From Patescibacteria group bacterium (lineage in GTDB: Bacteria; Patescibacteriota; Dojkabacteria; J137): 64,000 nt of DNA. Positions 29,454-40,043 of this stretch are shown piece by piece (within the stretch, counting starts at the first letter, position 1; the number at the start of each line of letters is the position of its first letter). A program made the translations under genes and the position numbers. The notes beneath the pieces are model-generated. The model saw nothing but the letters and a program-made list of their open reading frames with translations, searched no databases and was not told the DNA's origin. The DNA lies in assembly GCA_016861265.1 (NCBI GenBank), contig BOLA01000001.1:934150-998149 (forward strand), read 5' to 3'.

Positions 29454-31283
29454 TTATACAATATGAAGAAAGAATGTTTGACTCCACAGCCAGTTGACTG
29501 TATTCCCATCCCTAGAATATGTATACATATTCCACATATACGTAAACCAGTAACCTCCCATTACTGCAGTATTACCATTTGCAGTTTTAAACCAAACTTT
29601 CTTAACTCTTTTCGAAGGGTCTCTCTCTAATTCAATTTTTGTAACCGCCTCACCAAGATCATTCTGCATATTTCTTGTATAGTTACTAAACTCTTGTCCA
29701 TATGGTCCAAATGAAGAAGGATTATTGATAACAAAGTCTATCATTTCATTCACTTGATGCATCGTGTAGTTTGATGTTTTATAGCTCCAATTCTTATTTC
29801 TGCCACCAGGTAGTGGTACAGCGAACGCAGAGTCATTAACAGACTGTAGATATGGATAATAAGCCCCAGTTCCATCGTATTCTTGGAACATGGTATCCGA
29901 ATTTGCAGTACCCCAACCTTGGTTGTTATCAGCTGAATATAGTGAATTGATTATTTTCTCACTATGAATACTATTAGAGTGTTTAATTACAATACCTCTT
30001 GTTTCCAAAGCTGCCCATGAGGAGTAATTGGAACCATTATATACCTGGCATGATGCCGTAGAACATATGTTTGGATTATAGAGTGCATAAGTTCTGTAAG
30101 CAATTACCTGTGCTTTAATAGCTTCTTCTGGCCAACAATCCCATAGCAAATTTGGATTATCAATGACATATTTATTTGGATTTTCAGAAACTTGTTGTGT
30201 TGAGCCACAGGCTCTTCCGGGTACTTCTCCTTGACCCGCAACATATTCTTCTATATTTCGTGGTCCATATCCGCTAACATTTACTGTTCTATTTTCATAA
30301 CCACCTTCTAGGTATACACCATTATAATAGAACGCTAGTATTTGAGACGCAGACATCCCAGTTTGTGCTGCACCAAACGCACCCCATTGACTTAAGCCTA
30401 CTTGATGTCCTTGACTATTTATATCATCACCAAACCCACAAAAATATATAGAATTATTTAAATTGTTATCGTCATATATTCCGCATCCCCCAACGCTTTG
30501 TCCACCACCACCTGTTTGTTGTGCAATCTCAGCTTGTCTTCTTAACGCCTCGCTCTGTGCTGCACTTAATTCATTTATCGTCCTGTTTATAGCAGAGATT
30601 TCACCTTCCAATTCCCCAATCTGATTCCCCCCAGAGGCTATAACATAATTATAATATGCAATTGCTTCTTCAATCTGCTGTTTCTTTGCTTCTAGTTCGT
30701 TCTTCTTGTTTTCAAGACTACCCACTGCCGATTCACTGGCATTAATTTGATTGTTTAAGTCTTCAATTTGTGTTCCAACCTCTTTAATGCCATCATCGCT
30801 ATATCCTAATATTTTAGATGCTAGAAACGTTCCCATGTTATTCATTCTAGGATCGTCCAAATTAGCAGATGAAACAAAACTATCTTTTTTTATTCTCCAT
30901 TGCTGGTAAGCTGAATCGAGCGCCCCTTGTTGTTCAACAATCAGTTTTTGCTTAATAGACTCTTTTAAATCATTTTCCTGTTTTAATAGCTCAAGTTGCT
31001 TCTTATTTAATTCCAATTCCTTTACATTAGCTTCGAGTTCAGCCTGAAGTTTTGGTAGTCCTTCTTCGGCATTCGCTAGGTTTGCCTGACTATTTTCAAT
31101 TTCCGTTTGAAGGTTCGAAATATCATTTTTAGTAGCCTCCAGTTGGGCTTTCTGATCGTCAATCTCCTTTTGTATTTCTGCCGCTGTTTGTGCTTGAGGC
31201 GTGATATTAATGAAGGGCGTAAAACCTACAGCTGCAATTAAGAGAATTATAAGAAGTTTTTTAAGTGTAAATTTAATAGTCAT
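29454..31283 (-). CDS. Secreted coiled-coil protein with SpoIID/LytB-like domain
   Basis: Signal/TM, long coiled coil, GHQVGLSQWGA, ILAFYY, EEYVAG..EVP, WPEEAIKAQVIAYRTYA, CSTASCQVY. Confidence 0.85.
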   Translation of the reverse strand: MTIKFTLKKLLIILLIAAVGFTPFINITPQAQTAAEIQKEIDDQKAQLEATKNDISNLQTEIENSQANLANAEEGLPKLQAELEANVKELELNKKQLELLKQENDLKESIKQKLIVEQQGALDSAYQQWRIKKDSFVSSANLDDPRMNNMGTFLASKILGYSDDGIKEVGTQIEDLNNQINASESAVGSLENKKNELEAKKQQIEEAIAYYNYVIASGGNQIGELEGEISAINRTINELSAAQSEALRRQAEIAQQTGGGGQSVGGCGIYDDNNLNNSIYFCGFGDDINSQGHQVGLSQWGAFGAAQTGMSASQILAFYYNGVYLEGGYENRTVNVSGYGPRNIEEYVAGQGEVPGRACGSTQQVSENPNKYVIDNPNLLWDCWPEEAIKAQVIAYRTYALYNPNICSTASCQVYNGSNYSSWAALETRGIVIKHSNSIHSEKIINSLYSADNNQGWGTANSDTMFQEYDGTGAYYPYLQSVNDSAFAVPLPGGRNKNWSYKTSNYTMHQVNEMIDFVINNPSSFGPYGQEFSNYTRNMQNDLGEAVTKIELERDPSKRVKKVWFKTANGNTAVMGGYWFTYMWNMYTYSRDGNTVNWLWSQTFFLHIV

Positions 31284-31372
31284 AGTGCTGCTAACAGTAT
31301 AAAGACTATAGAATGGTTTGGCAAATTGCGGAGGAATAGGGCGAAGTTTTACTTCGCCCCTCACTTGGTTGA

Positions 31373-31693
31373 CTATTGTTCAAGGGTGAGTAACACCTCG
31401 TTTAGAAACTGTTCGTCAACTTGTGATTTATGTTGGATGTCCAGACCACTTAATTCAAACGAGAAATCAGCTCTCATCTGATTTAAACGATCCTTAATCC
31501 AGTATAAACCGCTAAACAGGTTAAGTCTTTGCGCGATCAAAATGTCACCGTTGCACTCTTCATAAAGCTTGCTTGCGGTCGCATAAAATGCTGCTGCCAA
31601 GCCTTTCTTTGAAAGTGCAAGTACACGCTGATCTTCGCATTTCAATTGTACCCCTGTTAAAAGTACAATTTCGGCATCTTCTACGGCAATCAT
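31373..31693 (-). CDS. Orphan protein
   Basis: TCGACT-17-TACAAT promoter, AGGAG SD, palindrome GGGCGAAGT-NNN-ACTTCGCCC at 31339-31359. Confidence 0.7.
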   Translation of the reverse strand: MIAVEDAEIVLLTGVQLKCEDQRVLALSKKGLAAAFYATASKLYEECNGDILIAQRLNLFSGLYWIKDRLNQMRADFSFELSGLDIQHKSQVDEQFLNEVLLTLEQ

Positions 31694-31769
31694 GACTGAC
31701 TCCTAATATGCTTTGGACTGGGTATTGTAGCTTTAAATAGTTTAAAAGTCGATAGAACTACTTTGTATA

Positions 31770-32885
31770 CTAGATCTTTATATTAGCGTATTCCTTTTCA
31801 GCATCATTCCAAAATTCATCAAAAGTTCTATACTTATCCATTAGATTTTCGAAAATAAAGGATCTGTACTCTTTCTTGCCCGGCCAATGTTCTGTGGTTG
31901 GGTATTGAATAGATATAATATCTTTACATCTATTTAAATTCTTTAAGTTGCATATTTCTCCGGTATATATTTTTAACTCAGGAATATTTTTTGCTAGCTG
32001 CATTATAAAGTCTATTCTTTTTTTATTCATAGGGTATTTATTAAAGTGACTTGGTTCTAAAACCAATATTCTTTGTGCGTTTTTTGTTGAATGCCAATTC
32101 GGCTTAAGATTCCAAATACTGTAAAGCAGTACCGGAACCTGTGGGTCAACTTCATTAATTTGGGATTGGGGCAAAGTAGTTATAAATTCAAAATCTTTAA
32201 ATGCTTCTTGTAAATGTCTTGGAATGCTCATCCGTTTTATTTCGGATATGGGTTTGTCAATAAACGAATTAATCTGATTCTGCTGATGGTATTTATTTAC
32301 AATGTCTTGATTAAAATAGTACTTATTATTGTTAAAGGTACCGGCCACTGTTTGCCAGCTTAGAATATTAATTGCGATGTCTCCGTCAAGACTATTATAG
32401 TAGAGCCATTTGCTAGGGAGCTTCCAATGTGTTTTAGCAATATTGCATACTAGAGATGCCAGCCATAATCTGGCTTGGTTATGCATATGTCCTATTGAAT
32501 ATAAATTCCTTAGCTCTAAATCTAATGCATCTATTCCTGTTTGAGCATCAACTATACATTTGAGAAGTTTTCTATTAACCACTCCATCTTGCTCACAGTC
32601 AATGTCTTCTTCAATAATATTTTTAAAGTTAAACCATACCATGTGTAGATATTCTCTCCATGCAAGTTCAAATATAAAGGTAAAAGCCTCCCTTTTGTTG
32701 TATCTGCTTAGAACTGTATGTGCAACATCTCTGGTTGACACGACACCATGGGTTAGGTAAGGGGATATTAAAGTTGTGTTACCATTCAGATAATTTCGGG
32801 TTTTGCTGTAATCAACGGGATTTATTCTTAACAATCTACTTTGTATAGCTTTAAAATCTGTAGGAAACAAAGTGGATTTATCCAT
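31770..32885 (-). CDS. Cryptochrome/photolyase-family FAD-binding protein
   Basis: YSKTRNYL, ISPYLTHG, ELAWREY, TGIDALD, GHMHNQARLW, LDGD...N..SWQ.VAG. Confidence 0.85.
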   Translation of the reverse strand: MDKSTLFPTDFKAIQSRLLRINPVDYSKTRNYLNGNTTLISPYLTHGVVSTRDVAHTVLSRYNKREAFTFIFELAWREYLHMVWFNFKNIIEEDIDCEQDGVVNRKLLKCIVDAQTGIDALDLELRNLYSIGHMHNQARLWLASLVCNIAKTHWKLPSKWLYYNSLDGDIAINILSWQTVAGTFNNNKYYFNQDIVNKYHQQNQINSFIDKPISEIKRMSIPRHLQEAFKDFEFITTLPQSQINEVDPQVPVLLYSIWNLKPNWHSTKNAQRILVLEPSHFNKYPMNKKRIDFIMQLAKNIPELKIYTGEICNLKNLNRCKDIISIQYPTTEHWPGKKEYRSFIFENLMDKYRTFDEFWNDAEKEYANIKI

Positions 32886-32964
32886 TTATTTAAAATCTGA
32901 AAATTTTGATACAGTTTTAAATATACCCTATTTTTATTAAATTTGTGAAAGTTTTTTGACACTG

Positions 32965-33001
32965 AATGAGTGGCCTTGGTCATTTCCCAAGGCCACTCAT
33001 T
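32965..33001. terminator. 15-bp hairpin after the lycopene cyclase-like gene
   Basis: AATGAGTGGCCTTGG-TCATTTC-CCAAGGCCACTCATT. Confidence 0.65.
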
Positions 33002-33009
33002 GTTAACGG

Positions 33010-33693
33010 TTATCTTTTTTTGAATAAATAATAAACAGTCAAGAATACTGAAGAAACAAAAAAAGCGAAGAAGAATTGTTCAAACGGAATTGAACCTAAA
33101 TAAAAACCCGTTACTGCATTCTTTGTATGAGTTATAAATGGACTCCCGGTTAATATTAATGCAACAACAATAAATGTTATTAACGAAAAAATTGAATATA
33201 TATAAAAATTCTTTGTTAAGAAAACATTCTTTACCTTAAAGAAGCTTATAGCAATCATTAATATTGTCATTAACAAAAATATATTGCTTGTAAGTGCATG
33301 TGCTGAAAATATTAGTGCTAGTGCAGCATATGTAAATGCAAATAGATAAAAGAATGTATTATCAAGTGCAATCCTTTTTTCGGTGAACTTGATATTAATT
33401 AATTCATATAATGCAATTGATGCAAAAGGGGCTGCAAATAAAAATAAACAGAGTTCCATTGGAATATTACCTAACATTAAACCTGTTGTGAACTTAGTGT
33501 TTAGTTGTAAGTCTCCTCTGGATACTAACAGCGATACTAATAGCGTTATTAAAGTTCCCACTACTGAATAGGTCTTTACATAATTGAGTAGAATTCTTTG
33601 TACACTTGGAATTTTAAAATAAAGATTAGCCGCAAACGGGGCTATTAACAAAACAATGCTTAACAGAAGAAAGTAATATTGCTGTGGTTGCAT
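33010..33693 (-). CDS. Lycopene cyclase domain (CrtYc/d-like) membrane protein
   Basis: Two repeats of G..LG.IP.E..F.F (GLMLGNIPMELCLF; GFYLGSIPFEQFFF). Confidence 0.7.
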   Translation of the reverse strand: MQPQQYYFLLLSIVLLIAPFAANLYFKIPSVQRILLNYVKTYSVVGTLITLLVSLLVSRGDLQLNTKFTTGLMLGNIPMELCLFLFAAPFASIALYELINIKFTEKRIALDNTFFYLFAFTYAALALIFSAHALTSNIFLLMTILMIAISFFKVKNVFLTKNFYIYSIFSLITFIVVALILTGSPFITHTKNAVTGFYLGSIPFEQFFFAFFVSSVFLTVYYLFKKR

Positions 33694-33861
33694 AAAACTA
33701 ATAACTAAAATAAATATTTATAAAGTGTAACACTACTCTATTTTTAATTTATAGATATGAATTTTAGGTTAATTCTTTATTTTTAATATAGGAATAATAT
33801 TATAGGTTAGTTATATAGAAATCACATACTACAGGTTTCAAGCCTTGAATTAGTAATCTTG

Positions 33862-34656
33862 TTACAGTGGAAGATCTTTTAATATTTGTTTAAAATTTGG
33901 AAATATCTTGGGTGTTATGCTTTTGTATTCTTGATATTCCAAACTTTCCTTTCTTCTATTTTCTACAAGATTAATTCCGGTAAACTTGAGTAAGAAAAGA
34001 GTAATTACTATTGGTGAAATTATTCCTATATACCAATATCTAGAAGGAATTATTAATATTAGAATGGAAGACCACATAATAATTTCACCTAAATAATTGG
34101 GGTGTCTGGTATATTTCCATAACCCTTTTTTCATTACTTTTTCACTATCTGGTGTAGTTTGTTTAAACTTGTACAACTGCAAATCTGCAATGGATTCTAC
34201 TAAAAATCCAACTAACCATAAAACTGCAGCTATGTAATTTAAGGTAGTAATTGATTCACTTTTAAAGTTAACTGTTGCAATAATTGCTGCAGAGTTTACG
34301 ACAACTAATATTATGGCTTGGATAACGAATACACCTAAATAGCTTCGGTTAAGCCATTTGGTTCCAAATTTATTTTTTAATTTCTCATATCTAAAATCTT
34401 CTTTGTTATAGTTTCTTATTACTAGGTAGGTAGCTAACCGAATGCCCCAGAATAGAAGCATTAGTAAAATTAAATTTTGAACAATGCCTCCGCTTTTGTT
34501 AATTAGATAGGAAATGAAATAAACCACAAAAAAGCCTGTTGACCAGGCTACATCTGCCAGCCATAGTTTCTTTAATTTTGTAGTTATAAACCAAAAGACA
34601 GTAAAATAAACTATACTTGTAAGCAACGCAATTGTGAATGAAGCCAAGTATTGCAT
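33862..34656 (-). CDS. DUF1295 / steroid 5-alpha-reductase-like membrane protein
   Basis: D.AW, WGIRL, EDFRY, ESIADLQL, GLWKYTRHPNYLGE. Confidence 0.9.
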   Translation of the reverse strand: MQYLASFTIALLTSIVYFTVFWFITTKLKKLWLADVAWSTGFFVVYFISYLINKSGGIVQNLILLMLLFWGIRLATYLVIRNYNKEDFRYEKLKNKFGTKWLNRSYLGVFVIQAIILVVVNSAAIIATVNFKSESITTLNYIAAVLWLVGFLVESIADLQLYKFKQTTPDSEKVMKKGLWKYTRHPNYLGEIIMWSSILILIIPSRYWYIGIISPIVITLFLLKFTGINLVENRRKESLEYQEYKSITPKIFPNFKQILKDLPL

Positions 34657-34658
34657 GT

Positions 34659-35333
34659 TTAGGCTAAGCCTTGCTGAGCTTTATCAAAAATAAATCCCGG
34701 TACTATCTCTTCCTCATACTCATCTATTCCTTTTCTTTCGAGTACCTTTAAATTCATGTCTGTTGTTGGACAAACTAATCTTCCGCCATTTACTTTTAAT
34801 TGCATTTTTAAACTGTCTGGAATTGTGTCTAAGGCAAATGCAACATGAATTCCGTCGAATGGTGCTTTTTGAGGTAAACCAGTGACTCCATCTCTGTATA
34901 AGAAGTCAATATTCTTAATATCAGGGTATTTTTTTGCGTTCATAGAAGCTTGTTCCCAAATCCATTGGACTCGTTCCATTGTATAAACATGACCTTCTTC
35001 CCCGGCAATGAATGCCAAAAGCATTGCAGAATAGCCTGTACCGGTCCCAATATCTAAGTATCTTCCACCAAATTCAGGCTTTAAAACTGCAATCATTTGA
35101 GCAATTACGGTAGGTTTATTTAGAACTTGGCTATAGCCAATGTCCAATTCGACATCGTTATATGCTTGCTCTTTTAGTGTATCAGGTAAAAAGTCTTTTC
35201 TATCTATTCTATTTAACGCATTTACAATCAATGGATCGGTAACTATTGGATTTCTTGCCATAGTTAATACCTTAATTAAATATTCTTTTGTCCATTTAAA
35301 GACTGCTCCTGCGTCAAAAGTTTTAATTTTCAT
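34659..35333 (-). CDS. pcm: Protein-L-isoaspartate O-methyltransferase
   Basis: IDRKDF, AYND, LDIGTGTGY, APFDGIHV, QLK.NGGRLVCP. Confidence 0.9.
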   Translation of the reverse strand: MKIKTFDAGAVFKWTKEYLIKVLTMARNPIVTDPLIVNALNRIDRKDFLPDTLKEQAYNDVELDIGYSQVLNKPTVIAQMIAVLKPEFGGRYLDIGTGTGYSAMLLAFIAGEEGHVYTMERVQWIWEQASMNAKKYPDIKNIDFLYRDGVTGLPQKAPFDGIHVAFALDTIPDSLKMQLKVNGGRLVCPTTDMNLKVLERKGIDEYEEEIVPGFIFDKAQQGLA

Positions 35334-35451
35334 AATATAGGAATAAACTTAATAATTATTTATAGCATACTACAAAGTTTATAAAAATTAATAGATGGTA
35401 TAATGGAAATTGCAAATTTTGCGTAACAACAGTATTTTTAGAATTAAACTA

Positions 35452-36801
35452 ATGGCACATAAACTTGACTATAAAAAGGTCATTCTACCTAATGGATTAA
35501 CATGTATTCTTTACAGAAGAGCCGAGGTTCACTCAGTTGATATATCGGTTGATGTGGAAGTCGGAGCTCTAGACGAGACAAACGAAATAAATGGAGTTTC
35601 TCATTTGGTTGAACATCTACCCTTCGATGGTACTGCAGATATGTCCTCTTGGGAAAAAGTAGATGAATTTAACAATAGTATTTCGGGTAGTTCTAACGCC
35701 TATACATCCTCGTCAGAAACCAGCTATTATGGTCATTATCCGTATCAATATTTTGAAGAAGCTCTATTCTATCTATCTCAACTAGTATTTCACCCTTTAC
35801 ACAAAGAAGAAGATATAGATAAAGAAAGGGACATTATTATTGATGAACTAAAAACAAGAGCAGACTCTGTTGATTTTAAAATCTATAGAAATATTATAGA
35901 TAATAGGTATTTACAAACAAATACACCTTATAGCTTCGATGTAATTGGTACCGAAGATAATGTAAAGAGATTTAAAAGAGAGGAAATATTAAAGCATCAT
36001 AGAAAATACTATATTCCAGAAAACATTAAAGTATTTATCGTTGGTAACTTTGAGTACGATCAAGCCGAAAAGCTTCTGAAGAAGTACTTTTACAATAATC
36101 TAAAAAGTATTAGTTTTGATTCAAAATCAAAAAGAGAGTTTCAGTATACATATCCTGAATATTCTAAATTCAAGATTTCTACTGTCCAGAAGCAGGACCT
36201 AGATCAGTATTACCTAACCTTTACTTTCCCAAGACCTGAATTCAAAAAAACAAAACAGGCGCATAGAATTAAACTTCCTTTTCTGTCTGCCCTAACCGCA
36301 TCCGGGCAATATCAGCAAAGCATTTTATGGAAACGACTTCGAGAAGAATTAGGGATTGTATATGGTGTTTCAGCATATGGCTGGGATTATTTTAATAGAG
36401 CCTTTGCAATTGTAGAAACGTCTTTTCAACCTCAGTATTTAGAACAGGTTTTAACCGAAATCTACAACGGCATAAACAAAATCAAAACTAAAGAAATAAG
36501 TGATTCAGTATTTAAGACTCGACAAAAAAGAATAGTTGACACAGAATTAATGATTTACGATAGTCCAAGCAATGTATTAAATTGGATTATGGATCAAGAA
36601 AACGAATATGAATACCATAAAGAATTTATGAATCCTTCTGAGTTTATAGAGCAAATTAAGAGAATGGAATTTGACGAGGTTATAGATATAGCAAACGAAG
36701 TTTATGATTGGAACAATGTAAATATTGGAGTTGTTACCAAGGAGGATGCGAATCAAGTTCAACAACAAGTAGAAAGTATATGGAAGAAGATAACAGCATA
36801 A
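35452..36801 (+). CDS. M16 (pitrilysin) family peptidase
   Basis: GVSHLVEHL (HxxEH), NAYT, LREELGIVY. Confidence 0.92.
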   Translation: MAHKLDYKKVILPNGLTCILYRRAEVHSVDISVDVEVGALDETNEINGVSHLVEHLPFDGTADMSSWEKVDEFNNSISGSSNAYTSSSETSYYGHYPYQYFEEALFYLSQLVFHPLHKEEDIDKERDIIIDELKTRADSVDFKIYRNIIDNRYLQTNTPYSFDVIGTEDNVKRFKREEILKHHRKYYIPENIKVFIVGNFEYDQAEKLLKKYFYNNLKSISFDSKSKREFQYTYPEYSKFKISTVQKQDLDQYYLTFTFPRPEFKKTKQAHRIKLPFLSALTASGQYQQSILWKRLREELGIVYGVSAYGWDYFNRAFAIVETSFQPQYLEQVLTEIYNGINKIKTKEISDSVFKTRQKRIVDTELMIYDSPSNVLNWIMDQENEYEYHKEFMNPSEFIEQIKRMEFDEVIDIANEVYDWNNVNIGVVTKEDANQVQQQVESIWKKITA

Positions 36802-37058
36802 AAAAACGAAAAGATGGAAAACCTTGGATAAGTCTAGATCCAAAAATCAAGATGAGTGATTTAACAATTACTTATCCTGAACTTATAGAGCCGCTTACCT
36901 ACGACTACGGTCTGCACTGTGTAAACTGCATGATTGCTGAATTCGATACATTGGAAGAAGGGGCAGTAATTCACGGAATCGAAGGTGAGGATTTTACTGA
37001 TATGATTAAGGATTTAGAAGATATAATTAATAATCCTGATGAGCAAGAATTAGATTAA
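36780..37058 (+). CDS. DUF1858-domain protein
   Basis: YPEL...L..YGLHCVNC.IAEFDTLEEGA.IHGI. Confidence 0.8.
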   Translation: MEEDNSIKKRKDGKPWISLDPKIKMSDLTITYPELIEPLTYDYGLHCVNCMIAEFDTLEEGAVIHGIEGEDFTDMIKDLEDIINNPDEQELD

Positions 37059-37430
37059 TCATTGTTCTGTCTCCATAACTTGGGATTCACTTCTTCTTAT
37101 CATCGACAAGTATGTAGTCTTAAGTCCTTCCGCTTCTTTGTCTCCTTGTTCCATTCGAACATTGTAACTATTTACAATCTGAATAGTTAAGTAATTGCTA
37201 CTAAGTATCTCGTCTTCAGGGAATTCGGCCCGAATCCTTTCGCATAATAAAGGAGCAGCGAGTGGGAACTCAATTACAACAGAATCAATAAATTTCTTCA
37301 CGTCGTCTTTGGATTTTTTTCTTGCCTTTACCTCAATCAGTAGTGCTTCAAGCTCTCGCTCTACTGTAACTATTTGACTGTCAATTTGGTGTCTTGCTTG
37401 TTTACCAGATTCAATTAGTATTGTTGTCAT
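37059..37430 (-). CDS. Hypothetical protein
   Basis: 123-aa ORF overlapping the end of miaA. Confidence 0.55.
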   Translation of the reverse strand: MTTILIESGKQARHQIDSQIVTVERELEALLIEVKARKKSKDDVKKFIDSVVIEFPLAAPLLCERIRAEFPEDEILSSNYLTIQIVNSYNVRMEQGDKEAEGLKTTYLSMIRRSESQVMETEQ

Positions 37431-38328
37431 AAAATTTGTTTACAATTTCTTCCGCTTGTTTTGCGCTTTCAATTTTTATTAAGTTATATCCTCGACCCTT
37501 TCCTTCGAACCATGTTCTTTGTCTTTTGGCGTATTGTCGGTGAGAAATTTTAACAAGTTCAATACATTCCTGTAAACTAATGTCTTCATTTAGCATGTCA
37601 ATAACTTCTTTGTATCCGGTACCAGTCAGTGCTACGGAATCCTTTTTAAAACCTAAATTCAATACTGTCTTAACTTCTTCTACTAATCCTTCCTTAAACA
37701 TTTGCTCTACTCTGTCGCTAATTTTTTCAATTAGTTCTTCCCAGTTATTTTTGGGATATAAAAATACATAATCATAATGATTATCGCTAGTTTCTACTTT
37801 TGGTTTAGCCGATAACTTCTCAATTAATCTGACTATTCTTTGAGGATTTGATTTATCACTGGAATTTAAGTTTTCATAATTTTCGGGATGCTTGTTCTTT
37901 AATATTTCTTGAAGATCAGCCAGACTCTTAGTCTCTAGCTCCTTCCGTAATTCCAAATCTTGGGCTCCGCTTAGTTGGTAATTTTTTATGATTGAGTCAA
38001 TGTAAAGTCCTGTACCCCCAACAATAATTGGTAACTTCTCTTTCTCGATTATTGAATCAATTAGTTTTATAGCTGCATCTTTAAACTCAAACACACTAAA
38101 TCTTTTATCCGGATTTAGAAAACTAATCAGGTGAATGGGAATATTCTTTATATAGTATTGATTATCTTTTAATTCGATATCGCCTTTGTTTGTACCAATA
38201 TTCAAGTACTTATAAACTTGCCTAGAATCAGCATTAATTAACTCCCCATTAAATTTTTGAGCAAGATTAACTGCTAAATTTGTTTTACCGGAAGCCGTTG
38301 GTCCGCCTATAAATACTATCTTTTTCAT
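37411..38328 (-). CDS. miaA: tRNA dimethylallyltransferase
   Basis: GPTASGKT, NADSRQVY, IGTNK, VGGTGLY, GYKE, RQYAKRQRTWF. Confidence 0.97.
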   Translation of the reverse strand: MKKIVFIGGPTASGKTNLAVNLAQKFNGELINADSRQVYKYLNIGTNKGDIELKDNQYYIKNIPIHLISFLNPDKRFSVFEFKDAAIKLIDSIIEKEKLPIIVGGTGLYIDSIIKNYQLSGAQDLELRKELETKSLADLQEILKNKHPENYENLNSSDKSNPQRIVRLIEKLSAKPKVETSDNHYDYVFLYPKNNWEELIEKISDRVEQMFKEGLVEEVKTVLNLGFKKDSVALTGTGYKEVIDMLNEDISLQECIELVKISHRQYAKRQRTWFEGKGRGYNLIKIESAKQAEEIVNKFYDNNTN

Positions 38329-38376
38329 ATAAGTTTAATTATACTAAATTGAGTCATTATTTATTCAGTTATTATT

Positions 38377-39738
38377 ATGTTCGGCCAATTTGAAGTCTTT
38401 ATAGAGATCCTTTTAACAATTCTATTTGGAGCAATTCTAGGACTCGAAACCGAAACTAGAGAGATTGAACAAAAGGGTAAAATTAAGGCAACTAGAAACG
38501 AACGGGAAAGAATTGGTGGCGTAAGAACCTATACAGTAATTTCTTTATTTGGCGGAATTGCAGGACTATTTTTTTCGCTTCAGGAATACACTTTGGTCTA
38601 TATTCTCTTTATTGCAATAATCGGACTAATTCTATCTGCTTACGTATTAAATGTTCAGATTAAACATGCATTTGGGCTAACTACCGAAATTGCTGTATTA
38701 ATAGCCTTTATACTTGGTTTTCTTACGACTTCAAGATTAGTTGAAATTTGGGTTGTACTAGTAATTTTAGTTATGCTTGCGTTCTTTTTATCCCAGAAAC
38801 GTGGAATCGGATTATTAATAAATAAAATTCAGCACAAGGAAGTTATAGACGTGGTTAAGTTCTCGCTAGTTGCATTAGTTATTTTGCCAATTTTACCGAA
38901 TACAAGTATAAAAATAATTGATATAGCAAGACTTGCGGAACTCACAGTTGAAAACCAGCAAGTGGGCAATATCACTTTACTTAATCCATTTAATACATGG
39001 CTAATAGTAGTGCTGGTTTCAGGAATTAATTTATTTGGGTATTTTCTTTCCAGAATAGTTGGAACAAAAAGAGGTCTATTACTAACGGCTGCAATAAGCG
39101 GATTTATTTCCTCTACCTCGGCCATAATTTCTTTTGCTGCAAAATCAAAGACAAAAGAGAATAAAAATAACGCACTTTCATTTGCTGGGGCTGCAATGAT
39201 TTCAAACTCTTTTAGTTTCTTTACAATTTCCTTGTTAATGTTTGTAAATTCAAAACAGTTTTTTATAAAGGGTATTTGGCCATTCGTCATAATGTTTGTA
39301 GTAGGTATTATTATAGGTTTAGTATTCCTATACAGAAATAAAGGCGGTCCAAAAAATAGTTTTGAAATTAAATATGAACCATTTTCGGTATTTCCTGCAA
39401 TAAAATTTGTCTTAATAATTGTTGGACTAACTTTACTAATTCAGTTTCTTCAATTATTTCAGGTAAATCAAATATTGGTTTTAGGTATAACGGCCTTATC
39501 TGGTTTCACTGGAATGGATGCTGCAACAATAGCCTTCTCAAATTTATCAAAAGATGGGCTTATCACAGTTGAAATTGGAATAATATCTTTAATACTTGCA
39601 AACGCTATTAATTTTCTTGCAAAAATTCTTTATTCGTTAATAGGTGGGAGCAAACAATTCTTTAGAAAAGTTACACTGGGATTGGGGCTGTCTGCTATAA
39701 TCGGCTTACTGGGCTTACTTTTAATGAATTTGTTTTGA
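38377..39738 (+). CDS. MgtC/SapB plus DUF4010 membrane protein
   Basis: GAILGLE, GGVRTY, GLTTEIA, VILPILP, GFISST, GMDA. Confidence 0.85.
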   Translation: MFGQFEVFIEILLTILFGAILGLETETREIEQKGKIKATRNERERIGGVRTYTVISLFGGIAGLFFSLQEYTLVYILFIAIIGLILSAYVLNVQIKHAFGLTTEIAVLIAFILGFLTTSRLVEIWVVLVILVMLAFFLSQKRGIGLLINKIQHKEVIDVVKFSLVALVILPILPNTSIKIIDIARLAELTVENQQVGNITLLNPFNTWLIVVLVSGINLFGYFLSRIVGTKRGLLLTAAISGFISSTSAIISFAAKSKTKENKNNALSFAGAAMISNSFSFFTISLLMFVNSKQFFIKGIWPFVIMFVVGIIIGLVFLYRNKGGPKNSFEIKYEPFSVFPAIKFVLIIVGLTLLIQFLQLFQVNQILVLGITALSGFTGMDAATIAFSNLSKDGLITVEIGIISLILANAINFLAKILYSLIGGSKQFFRKVTLGLGLSAIIGLLGLLLMNLF

Positions 39739-40043
39739 AGCATTTTATAAAGAATAACCAAACATTTATTTGTGATTACTGCAATAAATTAGTTCCTCAG
39801 CACCCTACATCGAGTCGTGACCATTGTTGCTTTTGCTTATATAGCAAGCACGTTGATGTTAATCCCGGTGACAGACAGAACGGTTGCAAGGGTTTATTAA
39901 TGCCGATTGGAATAAGAACTGCTAATGGTAAGACTCAAATTGTCTATAATTGTACAAAATGTTCGGAAAGAGTTTTTAATATTACTGCTGAAGACGACAA
40001 TAAACCTGCTCTACAAGAATTATATTCAAAAGTTTGGAATTAG
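39735..40043 (+). CDS. RNHCP-domain protein
   Basis: F.C..C, RDHC..CLYSKHVD..PGDR...C.GLL.P, C..C. Confidence 0.88.
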   Translation: MKHFIKNNQTFICDYCNKLVPQHPTSSRDHCCFCLYSKHVDVNPGDRQNGCKGLLMPIGIRTANGKTQIVYNCTKCSERVFNITAEDDNKPALQELYSKVWN

